The notes under the pieces: generated by a model
Databases searched by the model: none
What the model was told of the DNA's origin: nothing
Seen by the model: the letters and a program-made list of their open reading frames with translations, nothing else
DNA from: Bacteroidales bacterium
Lineage (GTDB): Bacteria > Bacteroidota > Bacteroidia > Bacteroidales > UBA12481
Assembly (NCBI GenBank): GCA_041658425.1
Contig: JBBAAF010000004.1
Coordinates: forward strand, 3,171-67,170
Reading direction: 5' to 3'
DNA: 64,000 nucleotides
Translations under genes and position numbers: made by a program
In this document: positions 15,224 to 25,553 of the stretch, piece by piece
Numbering within the stretch: the stretch's first letter is position 1
How the letters are laid out: each line of letters starts with the position of its first letter

Positions 15224-16072
15224 TTACTTGTCAATAACCAGCCGTGTTGCCTTGGTCTGTCCGCCTGAAACTACCTCAATAAACCAGATTCCGGGCGTAA
15301 GAAAATCCGGTTCAATGACTTCCCTCAGCACCTGCCGTTCGGAAAAGGTTTTATAGATAAAATCCTGCCCCAGAAGATTGATCATCCTGATTTCGCCGGA
15401 TTGAGGCTTTGAAAAAGTGGCCTCCAGGATGAATCGTCCCTGCGATGGATTCGGAAAAATATCTATCCTGATACCTTGCTCCCATTCTTCCAAACCGGAT
15501 GACACCGGATTGGCCTTACCCGGACTTCCCTTGTCGCCTGCCCCAAAAGCTATTCTGGCAGGCAACCAATGTTCGGGTTGATCGTTGCCGCTGAAAGACT
15601 GATAATCAGGATGCAATTCCATAGATGCACCCGATACTACCGGCCAGCCGGAACCATAAGAAACCTGGTCGATCAGCGTCTCGTCGGCTGCAGTGATGAT
15701 CACCTGGTCTGATGTGTTGCTCAAGGTGAAGTTTTGATAGATATAGTTTACCGCCACTCCGCCATTGGTTAAAACATCCCCATTCTTGGCCAGTACCCAG
15801 TAACTTTTTGCTGGCATAACCAACATTTCTGTGGAGGTTATAACATGCTGATTGGAACCTGCATCTTTCAGCGTCAAACCATTTAACAGCAAATCATGGT
15901 TTGTGGCGTTCCAGATCTCAAACCACTCCCCGTTTGCATCACTCACAGCTTCAGGGTTTACCATGATTTCGGTAATCAGGATCTCACCCTGCCGGGGTGC
16001 CGTCTGGCCGCTTAGGTTGATCCAATAACCCGCCAGAATAACCGTTAGTAAAAAGATGTAATTGTTTTTCAT
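15224..16072 (-). CDS. Lamin-tail-domain (LTD) protein with T9SS C-terminal sorting domain
   Basis: Signal peptide. ILITEIMVNPEAVSDANGEWFEIWN is LTD-like. The C-terminal ~80 aa begin IDIFPNPSQG and end GIWFIEVVSGGQTKATRLVIDK, typical of a type A T9SS CTD. Confidence 0.65.
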   Translation of the reverse strand: MKNNYIFLLTVILAGYWINLSGQTAPRQGEILITEIMVNPEAVSDANGEWFEIWNATNHDLLLNGLTLKDAGSNQHVITSTEMLVMPAKSYWVLAKNGDVLTNGGVAVNYIYQNFTLSNTSDQVIITAADETLIDQVSYGSGWPVVSGASMELHPDYQSFSGNDQPEHWLPARIAFGAGDKGSPGKANPVSSGLEEWEQGIRIDIFPNPSQGRFILEATFSKPQSGEIRMINLLGQDFIYKTFSERQVLREVIEPDFLTPGIWFIEVVSGGQTKATRLVIDK

Positions 16073-16201
16073 CTGAATTAATGATTTAAGGTTTACTCCA
16101 GATATAGATGCAGGATGGGTATCGGAATGGAAAAAATGACATAGTTAATTTTTAGCCCCGTTTTATATCTTTATACTTGCCGTGTCAAAAAACAGCAAAT
16201 C

Positions 16202-16954
16202 ATGATAGATACCTTATTAAATCACAGATCGATACGTAAGTATAAACCCGATATCGTCGAGCCGTCGAAACTCGACATCATCCTTAAAGCCGCAACAAGA
16301 GCTTCCAGTACAGGCAACATGCAGGCTTATAGTATCGTGGTGACCCGGGACGCCGGCATCCGGAAAAAATTGTGGGAGGCTCATTTTAAACAGAATATGG
16401 TTCTCGAAGCGCCGGTTCACCTTACTTTCTGCGCCGATTTTAACCGGTTCAGCAAATGGTGCGAACAGCGAAAGGCCGATCCGGGTTACGATAATTACTT
16501 GTCCTTTCTCACTGGAGCCATCGATGCCATGCTTGCTGCACAGAATGCCGCCATAGCTGCGGAATCACTCGGACTCGGCATCTGCTATCTCGGAACAGCA
16601 ACCTGGATGGCTGCCAGAATGATCGGGATTCTTGATCTGCCCAAACTCGTTGTTCCGGTGACCGCCATGGTAATCGGTTATCCGGATGAGACACCGCCGC
16701 TCACAGACCGCCTGCCGGTTGAAGGGGTGGTGCATCAGGAAAAGTACCAGGGTTATTTGCCAATCGATATCGATCGGATCCACGCTGAAAAAGAATCACT
16801 GGAATCAACTATTGAATTGCTCAAAGTAAACGGGAAGGAAACGCTGGCACAGATATTTACCGATAACAGGTATAAGAGGGCCGATAACCGTTTCTTTTCC
16901 AGGACATTTATGAATGTTCTTGATAAACAGGGTTTTATGTGCAATGATGATTAA
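16202..16954 (+). CDS. NADPH-dependent nitroreductase-family oxidoreductase (NfsA-like)
   Basis: The LLNHRSIRKYKPD N-terminus and 250-aa length match the NfsA/FRP subgroup of the nitroreductase fold. Confidence 0.7.
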   Translation: MIDTLLNHRSIRKYKPDIVEPSKLDIILKAATRASSTGNMQAYSIVVTRDAGIRKKLWEAHFKQNMVLEAPVHLTFCADFNRFSKWCEQRKADPGYDNYLSFLTGAIDAMLAAQNAAIAAESLGLGICYLGTATWMAARMIGILDLPKLVVPVTAMVIGYPDETPPLTDRLPVEGVVHQEKYQGYLPIDIDRIHAEKESLESTIELLKVNGKETLAQIFTDNRYKRADNRFFSRTFMNVLDKQGFMCNDD

Positions 16955-16960
16955 AATTCT

Positions 16961-18451
16961 TTGGTGAAATACTACAGGTTGATCGGTTTAATTTGGCTTC
17001 TGCTTGCCCTTGCATCAGGAAGTTACGGTCAGAACACGATTAATCTGGACATCAGAATTCCGGAATCTGCCGGGGAATCAGGTGAGGCAATGTTTAAAAA
17101 GCTTCGAATCACCAATCCCATCCACATTAAATTTTCCGATCTGAATCCGAAAATCGAGCAAATAATCGGGTACTATGAAAATTCAGGCTATCCTTTTGTC
17201 CAGGTTAGGATAGATTCAGTTAATCCTATGCCAATCGGGATTTCCGGCATTTTATTGATCCATCCGGGAGAGTTGGTTACCATTGATACCCTCCTGAATC
17301 GAACCGGATTCCGCATCTCGCCTGCGGTTTTTTACCGGCTGATGAATATCCGGCCCGGCGACCGGTACAGGGAATCGGCTCTAAATGAAGCATCCCGGCG
17401 GTTGGGGTTGATTCCTTACCTGAGTCAGACGCGGCCGCTGGAGGTTGGGTTTCATCAGGGGAAAGCTTCGGTTTACGTATACCCGGAAAAGGCCAGTGCC
17501 AATAGGTTTGATGGATGGGTCGGGCTTTCGCCGGATCTTCGGGCCGGAGGGAAATTAGCCTTTTCGGGTGCGCTGACTCTCAATCTGAATAATGTTCTGG
17601 GGCAGGGAGAAAACTGGCAGTTCGACTGGCACCGGAACCAGGACGGCTCTCAAAAACTTAACCTGGCAGCCCATGTTCCCTATCTGGCCGGACTTCCTTT
17701 CGGGTTGCAGGGAAGGTTCGAATTATACCGTCAGGATACGAGTTACCTCAATATGGGCTGGGATGTTGGGATTCCTTATCATTTTAACCCAAACCACCTC
17801 TTAAATCTTTTCATCAGGCATAGGGAAAGCAGTATCCTGGTACCGGTTACAGCTGTACAAAATTCAATAAGACAGCCATTTATAAGCTTGCTTTCAGGTC
17901 TAACCTGGGAATTTAACCAACTCGATAATCGCATCAATCCGTATCGTGGTCTTGAATTCAGGCTCGAGGCCTCAACCGGCCGGAAAAGTATACCAGATAG
18001 CATTTCGATGCAACAATCGGAATTCACCGCCAATATCTCCTGGTTCCAACCCCTCGCAAAAAGTCTTACCTGTGCCCTTGTCCTTCAGTCCGGTTACAGG
18101 AAATCCCCTGAAACCTATGAAAACGAGCAATATAGATTAGGCGGACTCGGCCTGCTTCGCGGATTTGATGAAGATGTTTTTCATACAGATGCGTTTGCAG
18201 TAACCTCTGTTGAGTTAAGGTACCTGCTCGATCGGACTTCCCATCTGATCGTTCTCACCGATGTTGGTTTCCTGCGAATCGTGGAGAACGATAACCCGAT
18301 ATTGAAAATTCCGGTCGGAGTGGGTTTGGGCGGCCAGATCCGCACGGCCGGCGGTATTTTCCGGATCATCTTTGCTATGGGTAAGGAAGGTGGTCAACCA
18401 TTTAATCTTAAGAATGCTAAAATCCATCTGGGTTACGTCGGAGTCTTTTAA
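16961..18451 (+). CDS. Omp85/BamA-superfamily outer-membrane beta-barrel protein
   Basis: Signal peptide, a POTRA-like N-terminal region, alternating beta-strand pattern, and a C-terminal aromatic residue (..LGYVGVF). The start is a non-ATG codon (TTG 16961 or GTG 16964). Confidence 0.5.
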   Translation: MVKYYRLIGLIWLLLALASGSYGQNTINLDIRIPESAGESGEAMFKKLRITNPIHIKFSDLNPKIEQIIGYYENSGYPFVQVRIDSVNPMPIGISGILLIHPGELVTIDTLLNRTGFRISPAVFYRLMNIRPGDRYRESALNEASRRLGLIPYLSQTRPLEVGFHQGKASVYVYPEKASANRFDGWVGLSPDLRAGGKLAFSGALTLNLNNVLGQGENWQFDWHRNQDGSQKLNLAAHVPYLAGLPFGLQGRFELYRQDTSYLNMGWDVGIPYHFNPNHLLNLFIRHRESSILVPVTAVQNSIRQPFISLLSGLTWEFNQLDNRINPYRGLEFRLEASTGRKSIPDSISMQQSEFTANISWFQPLAKSLTCALVLQSGYRKSPETYENEQYRLGGLGLLRGFDEDVFHTDAFAVTSVELRYLLDRTSHLIVLTDVGFLRIVENDNPILKIPVGVGLGGQIRTAGGIFRIIFAMGKEGGQPFNLKNAKIHLGYVGVF

Positions 18452-18492
18452 AATTGCTGTAATTTCGCACACTCCTTTTAAGAACTATAAAA

Positions 18493-19272
18493 ATGAAAAC
18501 TAAAGCTAATCCAACGAAACCGATTGTGCTCATAACCGGGGCAACTTCGGGAATCGGGCGTGCTTCGGCGATGCGCCTGGCGAAGGATGGTTATCGCCTT
18601 ATTCTGACTGGCCGCCGGGCCGTCACCCTCAAAAAACTGACCGTTTACCTCGAATCAAAATATAAAACCGATTGTTACTCCATACCTGTGGACGTTCGCG
18701 ATTATTCCAACCTGAAGAAATTCTTTAATGAACTTCCTGAAGAATGGAAATCAATCGGAATTCTCATCAACAATGCCGGACTCGCCGCCGGATTGGATCC
18801 GGTACAGGAAGGTTCGTTAGACGACTGGAATCAAATGATCGATACCAATATTAAAGGAATCCTCCATATGACCCGGCTGATCGCCCCCGGAATGATTGCC
18901 CGCAAAAAGGGTCATATAATAAATATTGGTTCAATTGCCGGGAAAGAGGTCTATCCAAAAGGCGCTGTATACTGCGCAACCAAACATGCCGTTGAAGCGT
19001 TAACCCTCGGTATGCGACAGGATTTTGTTCCTTATGGGGTAAAAGTATCATCCGTTTGTCCGGGAGCAGTGGAAACCGAATTCTCGCTGGTACGCTTCAA
19101 AGGAGATCAGGAAAGGGCCGACAAAGTTTATGACGGTTTTGTGCCGCTACAGCCTGAGGATATTGCGGATGTAATTCACTTCATTATTACCCGGCCGGCT
19201 CATGTAAATATTCAGGATGTTCTGATTATGCCCACCGCCCAGGCTTCAGCGACCATTATCCAACGGCAATAA
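18493..19272 (+). CDS. SDR-family NAD(P)-dependent oxidoreductase (YdfG-like)
   Basis: TGATSGIGRA cofactor motif, NNAG, and the YCATKHAV catalytic YxxxK. Confidence 0.8.
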   Translation: MKTKANPTKPIVLITGATSGIGRASAMRLAKDGYRLILTGRRAVTLKKLTVYLESKYKTDCYSIPVDVRDYSNLKKFFNELPEEWKSIGILINNAGLAAGLDPVQEGSLDDWNQMIDTNIKGILHMTRLIAPGMIARKKGHIINIGSIAGKEVYPKGAVYCATKHAVEALTLGMRQDFVPYGVKVSSVCPGAVETEFSLVRFKGDQERADKVYDGFVPLQPEDIADVIHFIITRPAHVNIQDVLIMPTAQASATIIQRQ

Positions 19273-19291
19273 ATTGATTAAATAAATCTTA

Positions 19292-20014
19292 GTGAAAGCA
19301 ACATTGATGAAAACAACTGAGAGCCGGGAAAATTCAGAAATGTTTGATCAGATTGCCGGTTCGTATGATTTCCTTAATCATCTGCTCACACTGAACATTG
19401 ATAAAGGATGGCGGAGAAAGGCCATCAGGACTTTCGCCGCAATGAAACCCCGGAGAATTCTTGATGTCGCAACCGGTACTGCCGATATGGCCATCGGTGC
19501 AGTCCGGCTCAACCCGGATCAAATTACCGGTGTGGATGTTTCAACAGGAATGCTTGAAATCGGCCGGAAAAAGATCCTCGATCGTGGTCTGGCTGACCGG
19601 ATCACTCTGATTGAAGCCGCTTGCGAAGCCCTGCCTTTTGAGGAATCCTCTTTCGATGCCGCCATGGTCGCATTCGGCGTCAGGAACTTCAAGGATCCGG
19701 AACTGGGTTTGCGTGAGATTTACAGAGTCTTGAGCCCGGGCGGAAAACTGGCCATTCTTGAATTCTCGCTGCCCCGTCAGAAATGGCTGCGTACCGGATA
19801 CCGGTTCTATTTTCACCGCCTGGTGCCCGCTATCGGCAGATGGTTCTCACGCGATCTCTCGGCATACCGTTACCTGCCAGATTCCGTGGAAGCCTTTCCA
19901 AAAGGCGAAGCTTTTGTTGCCATGTTAAATCGTGCAGGATTCACTGTCTCAGCCTACAAGCCACTATCTTCCGGTATTTGCGGATTATATACCGGAATTA
20001 AAAAAAGCAATTGA
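19292..20014 (+). CDS. ubiE: Demethylmenaquinone methyltransferase UbiE/MenG
   Basis: MFDQIAGSYDFLNHLLTLNIDKGWRR and DVATGTADMA (SAM motif I) are typical of UbiE/MenG. The start is either GTG 19292 or ATG 19307. Confidence 0.8.
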   Translation: MKATLMKTTESRENSEMFDQIAGSYDFLNHLLTLNIDKGWRRKAIRTFAAMKPRRILDVATGTADMAIGAVRLNPDQITGVDVSTGMLEIGRKKILDRGLADRITLIEAACEALPFEESSFDAAMVAFGVRNFKDPELGLREIYRVLSPGGKLAILEFSLPRQKWLRTGYRFYFHRLVPAIGRWFSRDLSAYRYLPDSVEAFPKGEAFVAMLNRAGFTVSAYKPLSSGICGLYTGIKKSN

Positions 20015-20051
20015 AATACTAATTTCTACTGTTTAGCAGTTATTTTACCGA

Positions 20052-20762
20052 ATGAAACAAATCTGCATGTCCGCACAAAAAGGATTAATTCTTGGAATTC
20101 TGTTGACCCTCAGCCTTCCGGTTCTGCCACAAACCTCGAAGCCAAAAAACATGGTTATGGCTGATTTTAATAAATTTCATTTCGGTTATTCGGTGGGAAT
20201 TAATACCGTAGGCTTTACCATTATTCCAAAGGACGGATACCATCTTGATCTTGTTCAGAACCCTGGAATCAACATTAACCTGATAACAGATTATCGTTTA
20301 GGAAAATTTCTGAATATCAGATTTTTACCCGGTATTCAATTTGCTCAGAGAGATATTACCGTTACCAATAAACTAACTTCTGAAACAGGAACCTGGCCGA
20401 TAGAAAGTGTTTTCGTGGATTTGCCTGTTTTGCTTAAATACCGGTCCCAGCGGGTAAATAACTATGCCCCCTATTTGATTGCTGGAATTGGCCCCCGATT
20501 TGATTTAACGCGTGCTGAAATAGTGGGTTGGAAACCAGCTACACCCATGCTGAAATCTTTCGATTTTTACACCGAGCTGGGTGTTGGGGTCGATTTTTAC
20601 CTCTCCATGGCAAAAGTTGCCGTGGAACTAAAATTCGCTATCGGGATGCTGGACATCTTCCTTGATCCGGAGAAATCCGAGTTTAGTCTATATGTTTCCG
20701 GCGTTGATAAAATATTCTCAAGAATGGTGGTCCTTGCTTTCCATGTTGAACAGTCGCGATGA
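20052..20762 (+). CDS. porT: PorT-family / OMP_b-brl_2 outer-membrane beta-barrel protein
   Basis: Signal peptide and a ~230-aa beta-barrel pattern (FGYSVGINTVGF, VDLPVLLKY, YLIAGIGPRFDL). Position directly after ubiE matches the arrangement I recall for porT in Bacteroidota. Confidence 0.5.
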   Translation: MKQICMSAQKGLILGILLTLSLPVLPQTSKPKNMVMADFNKFHFGYSVGINTVGFTIIPKDGYHLDLVQNPGININLITDYRLGKFLNIRFLPGIQFAQRDITVTNKLTSETGTWPIESVFVDLPVLLKYRSQRVNNYAPYLIAGIGPRFDLTRAEIVGWKPATPMLKSFDFYTELGVGVDFYLSMAKVAVELKFAIGMLDIFLDPEKSEFSLYVSGVDKIFSRMVVLAFHVEQSR

Positions 20763-20780
20763 ACCGAAATTCAGTATAGG

Positions 20781-22337
20781 ATGCGGGAAGTCGAAATAAC
20801 CCTCAACCCTGAGGACGCAACTGTCCCCAAACAAATCAGGAAAAAAGCCTGTCAGGAAGCCGGAATCTCCCCTAATGTGGTTACTGATTTCAGAATCCTG
20901 AAACGATCAGTCGATGCCCGCCGAAGGCCGATAGTCGTGAGAATGCTGGTCAGGCTGGCTGTTAATGAACCATTAACCCCTGTTGCTCAAATATATAATT
21001 GGAAAAATGTAACTGCAGCCACTCCTGTTGTTGTTGTCGGGGCCGGTCCTGCCGGTCTTTTTGCTTCACTGCGCCTGCTTGAACTGGGCTATAAACCTAT
21101 AGTCGTGGAGAGGGGAAAAAGTGTTTCCGACCGGAAAAGGGATATCGCAATCCTGAACCGTAATCAGGGATTAAACCGGGATTCAAATTATTGTTTTGGC
21201 GAGGGTGGGGCCGGAACATTTTCCGATGGTAAACTTTATACCCGATCCAAGAAAAGGGGAGACGTAAGGCGGGTATTGGAAATCCTGCACCTTCATGGTG
21301 CTGATGAATCCATATTATTCGACAGCCATCCGCATATCGGAACCGACCGTTTGCCTGCGATAATTACTGCAATACGCGAAACATTAATTAATCACGGGGC
21401 TGAGTTCCATTTCGAATCCCGTGTGGAAGACCTTATTATTCAAAACGGGAAGGCTAAAGGGGTACTAACTGCTCAGGGTGACAAGTATTCCGGCGATGGT
21501 GTAATCCTCGCCACGGGTCATTCAGCCCTGGATATTTATCGCTTGCTGGATCGCCGGCATTTACCGCTGCAACTCAAAGGATTTGCCATGGGTGTTAGAA
21601 TTGAGCACCCTCAGCACCTTATTGACCAGATTCAGTACCATTCGAAGGATGGACGAGGCAAATACCTGCCGGCAGCAGAGTACACCCTGGTAAAGAATGT
21701 GAGCGGACGCGGAGTTTATTCATTTTGCATGTGTCCCGGCGGTATTATTGTTCCAGCCGCTACTTCAGATTATGAAACCGTTGTCAACGGTATGTCAAAT
21801 TCATTGCGGAATTCACCCTTCGCCAACAGCGGCCTGGTGGTTGAGATCAGGCCCGAAGACCTTGCTGCTTATAGCGAACATGGCGCGTTTGCCGGACTTG
21901 CCTTCCAGGAAGAGCTTGAGAAATCAGCTTACCGTTATGGCGGCCAGGGCCAGATAGCACCGGCTCAAAGGTTGACTGATTTTATTGAGGGGAGAAACTC
22001 TTCATCTCTTCCTGACCATTCTTATAATCCTGGCCTGGTTTGTTCTCCTATGCATGAGTGGTTACCGGAGAGTATCCGTTTCAGACTCCGGGATGGCTTG
22101 CGCTTTTTTGGCCGTAGAATGAAAGGATTCATGACCCACGAGGCCATAATGGCCGGAGTTGAGTCGCGTACTTCTTCTCCGATCAGGATTGTCCGCGATC
22201 CCGACAAGGGATTTCATCCTGATCTGCCGGGTCTGTTCCCTGCCGGTGAAGGAGCAGGATATGCGGGAGGCATTGTTTCATCAGCTATGGACGGAGAGTA
22301 TGCCGCCGATTCTGTTAACCGTTTCCTCTCCGCCTGA
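20781..22337 (+). CDS. NAD(P)/FAD-dependent oxidoreductase (COG2509-like)
   Basis: VVVVGAGPAGLFASLRL dinucleotide-binding motif, 518 aa, C-terminal PAGEGAGYAGGI. Confidence 0.7.
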   Translation: MREVEITLNPEDATVPKQIRKKACQEAGISPNVVTDFRILKRSVDARRRPIVVRMLVRLAVNEPLTPVAQIYNWKNVTAATPVVVVGAGPAGLFASLRLLELGYKPIVVERGKSVSDRKRDIAILNRNQGLNRDSNYCFGEGGAGTFSDGKLYTRSKKRGDVRRVLEILHLHGADESILFDSHPHIGTDRLPAIITAIRETLINHGAEFHFESRVEDLIIQNGKAKGVLTAQGDKYSGDGVILATGHSALDIYRLLDRRHLPLQLKGFAMGVRIEHPQHLIDQIQYHSKDGRGKYLPAAEYTLVKNVSGRGVYSFCMCPGGIIVPAATSDYETVVNGMSNSLRNSPFANSGLVVEIRPEDLAAYSEHGAFAGLAFQEELEKSAYRYGGQGQIAPAQRLTDFIEGRNSSSLPDHSYNPGLVCSPMHEWLPESIRFRLRDGLRFFGRRMKGFMTHEAIMAGVESRTSSPIRIVRDPDKGFHPDLPGLFPAGEGAGYAGGIVSSAMDGEYAADSVNRFLSA

Positions 22338-23097
22338 ATTCGCTGCACACAATCGCAGCTGCAATCGAAACATTCAGCGACTCGGGTTTGGACTTCCCTT
22401 CCGAGAAATCCGGAATCAGTAAATTTTCAGTCGTGAGTTCCATCAAATCGGTGCTCAATCCTCTGGATTCGTTGCCTAAGAGTATCAATCCATTGGTTGT
22501 CATTTTGGCCGTATACAGATTCTGGCCATTCAGATGTGTACCGTAAACGGGACAACCCGGTGGAAGCGATTTAATAAACTCATACAAATCCGTGGTCAAT
22601 AACTTCAACCGGAATATTGATCCCATGCTCGACTGAACCACCTTTGGGGAAAAAAAATCAGCCGAATCTACGGATGCAATTACTCCGCCCAGACCAAACC
22701 AGTCGGCGAGCCGGACTATGGTCCCTACATTACCAGGATCCCGAACCTGGTTTAGCCCAATCAACAAATCGCTGTCGAAATCGAAAACGGGTAAAGAAGT
22801 TTCAGTGTGACTAATTACCGCCAGAACCTGATTGGGTTTTTTTTGTATACTTATCCTTTCGAGATCATGGGCTGATACAGGAATCACTTCAGCATCAGAA
22901 TTACGCATGCCGGATAAGTTGGAATCCAGCCAGCTCCCGAGGCCGCAGATTGTTCTTACCTGAAAGGGACCATCTGCAGGCAACTCAATGGCCTCACGCA
23001 CGAGCTTGTCACCTTCAGCAATAAAGCATCCGGATTCATCACGAACTTTTTTTTGCTCCAGCGACCGGATAAATTGAACCTGCGCTTTAGTAATCAT
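22315..23097 (-). CDS. TrmH/SpoU-family RNA 2'-O-methyltransferase
   Basis: 260 aa from ATG 23097, with NQVRDPGNVGTIVRLADWFG, LILLGNESRGLS and SLNVSIAAAIV SpoU motifs. The ORF-track extension to 23523 overlaps the divergent gene and has no homology signal. Confidence 0.8.
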   Translation of the reverse strand: MITKAQVQFIRSLEQKKVRDESGCFIAEGDKLVREAIELPADGPFQVRTICGLGSWLDSNLSGMRNSDAEVIPVSAHDLERISIQKKPNQVLAVISHTETSLPVFDFDSDLLIGLNQVRDPGNVGTIVRLADWFGLGGVIASVDSADFFSPKVVQSSMGSIFRLKLLTTDLYEFIKSLPPGCPVYGTHLNGQNLYTAKMTTNGLILLGNESRGLSTDLMELTTENLLIPDFSEGKSKPESLNVSIAAAIVCSEFRRRGNG

Positions 23098-23166
23098 TTG
23101 ACCTATGGTTGATTCGCAATTTACATTAAATTTATAATTTCGGAATCTGACACAAAAAAAGGATAG

Positions 23167-25500
23167 ATGATCCGCAGCCGCCATACAAATTTTTTTATCA
23201 GAAAAGGTTACCCCATCATTCTGATCCTGCTTATCTTGCTGGGATGCAATCCAGTACGGTATGTTCCGGAGAATCAATACCTGCTGAAATCCAACAAAAT
23301 TGAAACCAAAGGCGGGGATATTCCTGATCGCGACCTGGAAGATTATTTTCGGCAAAGGCCCAACAAGAAGATATTCGGTTTTATGCGATTCCATTTGGGC
23401 GTATATAATCTCTCGAATCCTGCTAAAAAGAACGGTTTTAACAACTGGCTGAGGAAAATCGGGGAGGAACCGGTCATATTTAATCAGGCTGCAAGCAACG
23501 AAACACTGAACCAGTTGAAACACTATCTCAAAAATATTGGCTATTACAATGCTCAGGTTGATGATACCATTTCATTTTCCCGTAAAAGGGCCAGTGTTGT
23601 TTACCGGGTTGATTTTGGTCCGCCCTATGTGGTTGACCAGGTCAGGTTAACAAGTCCTGAAATGGTGACCGACAGTGCGATCCGTAACCTGATTCGTGTT
23701 GATTCAACCTCCTCCTTGCTGAAACCCGCGATGCGATATGATCTCGAAGTATTACGGCTGGAAAGGATGCGGTTGTCGCAATACCTGAGAGATAATGGCT
23801 ATTATGGTTTTTCCAGGGAATATGTTTATTTCCAGGCAGATACAATGAAGGGTAATCATAAGGTCGATGTCTGGATGGGGATTAAAAACCCGAAGGATGC
23901 TATTAACGATGTCACCCTGCTGAATTTTCATCCCCTTTACCGGATCGGTAATATCAGCATAATAACTGATTTTAATACATCGGATTATCTCCGCGATACG
24001 GCGAGTTATCTATCTGCTTCTGATACCATTATTTATCAGGGCACCAGTTTCCTTTATAAGAACCGATTAAGCCTGAAGCCGAGCCTTCTTCATTCTTCTG
24101 TGGCATTTAAATCAGGAAGCCTCTTCAGCCAAAGACTGGTGGATAATACGATCGAAGCTTTCAGTTCACTCCGTAATTTCAAGCAGATCAAGATCAACTT
24201 TACCCCAACGGGCAATCCAACCGACTCAATTCAGAAACTCGACTGCCAGATTTTAATAAGTCCTATGATCAGGCAATCGTATGATGTTTCGCTTGAAGGT
24301 ACTTACTCCTCGGGAAATATCGGAGTGGCAGGAAACCTGATTTATAAAAACCGCAATCTCCTTCGGGGAGCCGAGAACTTTGAGTTGAAATTCAAGGGAG
24401 CCGTGGAATTTCTGGCAAATTCGGTGTCAGATTTTAACAGGATGGTTGAATTCGGTGTGGATGCGCGCCTGGAGGTACCCCGTTCGTGGATTCCTTTTAC
24501 AACCCGGGAAAGTTCACTATTTGGAAAACCTCACTCTTCGTTAAACCTGAGTTATAACTATCAGCAACGGCCCGACTTTACCCGAACCATTGTCAATGCC
24601 GCTTTTGGTTACAACTGGAAGTTGGCTTTGTCGCGGCATCAGATCAATATCTTCGAGTTCAACTACGTGAACGTTACTAATATGTCTGATAGATTCTATC
24701 AGATTATTAAGGGCACATATGTTGAAAATAGCTTTCGCTCGCATATGGTTCCGGCTTTGAACTATACCTATACATTTTCCAATCAGGAGGTTAATAAGCA
24801 GTCAAGTTTCTTTTATGTTCGGCTACGACCTGAAATTGCGGGTAATGTGTTTTACGGATACAACCGCCTGGCGGGCCGTGTAAAACCTGAAAATGGTTAT
24901 GAATTATTCAAAACCCCTTTTTCACAATATGCTGAAGCTGATGTCGATTTAAGGTATCATTGGGTGATCAATTCATCGAACAAAATGGCATTCCGGTTTT
25001 TTGCCGGTGCCGGATATCCATACGGAAACAGCGATGCCATGCCTTTTGAAAAGAAATATTTCTCCGGTGGGTCGTCAGGAATCCGGGCGTGGCAGGTCCG
25101 TTCACTCGGTCCGGGTACCTATGTTATCCCGGAGGATCAGAAGGGATTGTACCCGAACCAGTTGGGTGATATTAAACTGGAGGTCAATGCAGAATATCGT
25201 TTCGATCTTTTCTCGATAATAAAAGGCGCACTTTTTATCGATGCCGGGAATATCTGGGCAATCAACTCTTCGGATGACCGGCAAGGTTCCGTTTTCAAAG
25301 CATCTGGTTTTTACCGGGAAATCGCAGTCGGTACGGGCTTCGGTATTCGTGCTGATTTTTCCTATTTCGTTGGCCGGCTTGATCTTGGAATAAAACTCCG
25401 CGATCCCGGCACTCCGGATGGCCCGAGATGGATCCCCGGTTACAGGAAATACCAGATCAGCGATTTCGTACTTAACTTCGGAATCGGTTATCCTTTTTAG
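23167..25500 (+). CDS. BamA/TamA-family outer-membrane protein (surface antigen D15 domain)
   Basis: 777 aa with an N-terminal lipoprotein-like signal (LLILLGC), POTRA-like repeats and a C-terminal beta-barrel. It carries FSGGSSGIRAW and a terminal ..GIGYPF. Confidence 0.65.
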   Translation: MIRSRHTNFFIRKGYPIILILLILLGCNPVRYVPENQYLLKSNKIETKGGDIPDRDLEDYFRQRPNKKIFGFMRFHLGVYNLSNPAKKNGFNNWLRKIGEEPVIFNQAASNETLNQLKHYLKNIGYYNAQVDDTISFSRKRASVVYRVDFGPPYVVDQVRLTSPEMVTDSAIRNLIRVDSTSSLLKPAMRYDLEVLRLERMRLSQYLRDNGYYGFSREYVYFQADTMKGNHKVDVWMGIKNPKDAINDVTLLNFHPLYRIGNISIITDFNTSDYLRDTASYLSASDTIIYQGTSFLYKNRLSLKPSLLHSSVAFKSGSLFSQRLVDNTIEAFSSLRNFKQIKINFTPTGNPTDSIQKLDCQILISPMIRQSYDVSLEGTYSSGNIGVAGNLIYKNRNLLRGAENFELKFKGAVEFLANSVSDFNRMVEFGVDARLEVPRSWIPFTTRESSLFGKPHSSLNLSYNYQQRPDFTRTIVNAAFGYNWKLALSRHQINIFEFNYVNVTNMSDRFYQIIKGTYVENSFRSHMVPALNYTYTFSNQEVNKQSSFFYVRLRPEIAGNVFYGYNRLAGRVKPENGYELFKTPFSQYAEADVDLRYHWVINSSNKMAFRFFAGAGYPYGNSDAMPFEKKYFSGGSSGIRAWQVRSLGPGTYVIPEDQKGLYPNQLGDIKLEVNAEYRFDLFSIIKGALFIDAGNIWAINSSDDRQGSVFKASGFYREIAVGTGFGIRADFSYFVGRLDLGIKLRDPGTPDGPRWIPGYRKYQISDFVLNFGIGYPF

Positions 25501-25522
25501 ACGGATATAAGCCATCTTGCCT

Positions 25523-25530
25523 TATATTTG
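25523..25530 (+). promoter_or_regulatory. Candidate -7 promoter box TATATTTG
   Basis: Exact TAnnTTTG match, 24 nt upstream of the fba ATG. Confidence 0.4.
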
Positions 25531-25553
25531 CGGATTCATTAAAATCACTGGTC

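Noticed and set aside
22315-22337. 23-nt convergent overlap of the FAD oxidoreductase and TrmH genes (and the 13-nt rex/ABC ATPase overlap at 57797-57809)
   Set aside because: Short convergent 3' overlaps are common in compact genomes and nothing else is unusual at these junctions.
23098-23523. N-terminal 142-aa extension of the TrmH ORF (22315..23523)
   Set aside because: The SpoU-family homology begins at MITKAQVQFIRSLEQKK (ATG 23097). The extension overlaps the divergent BamA/TamA-like gene and looks non-protein-like.
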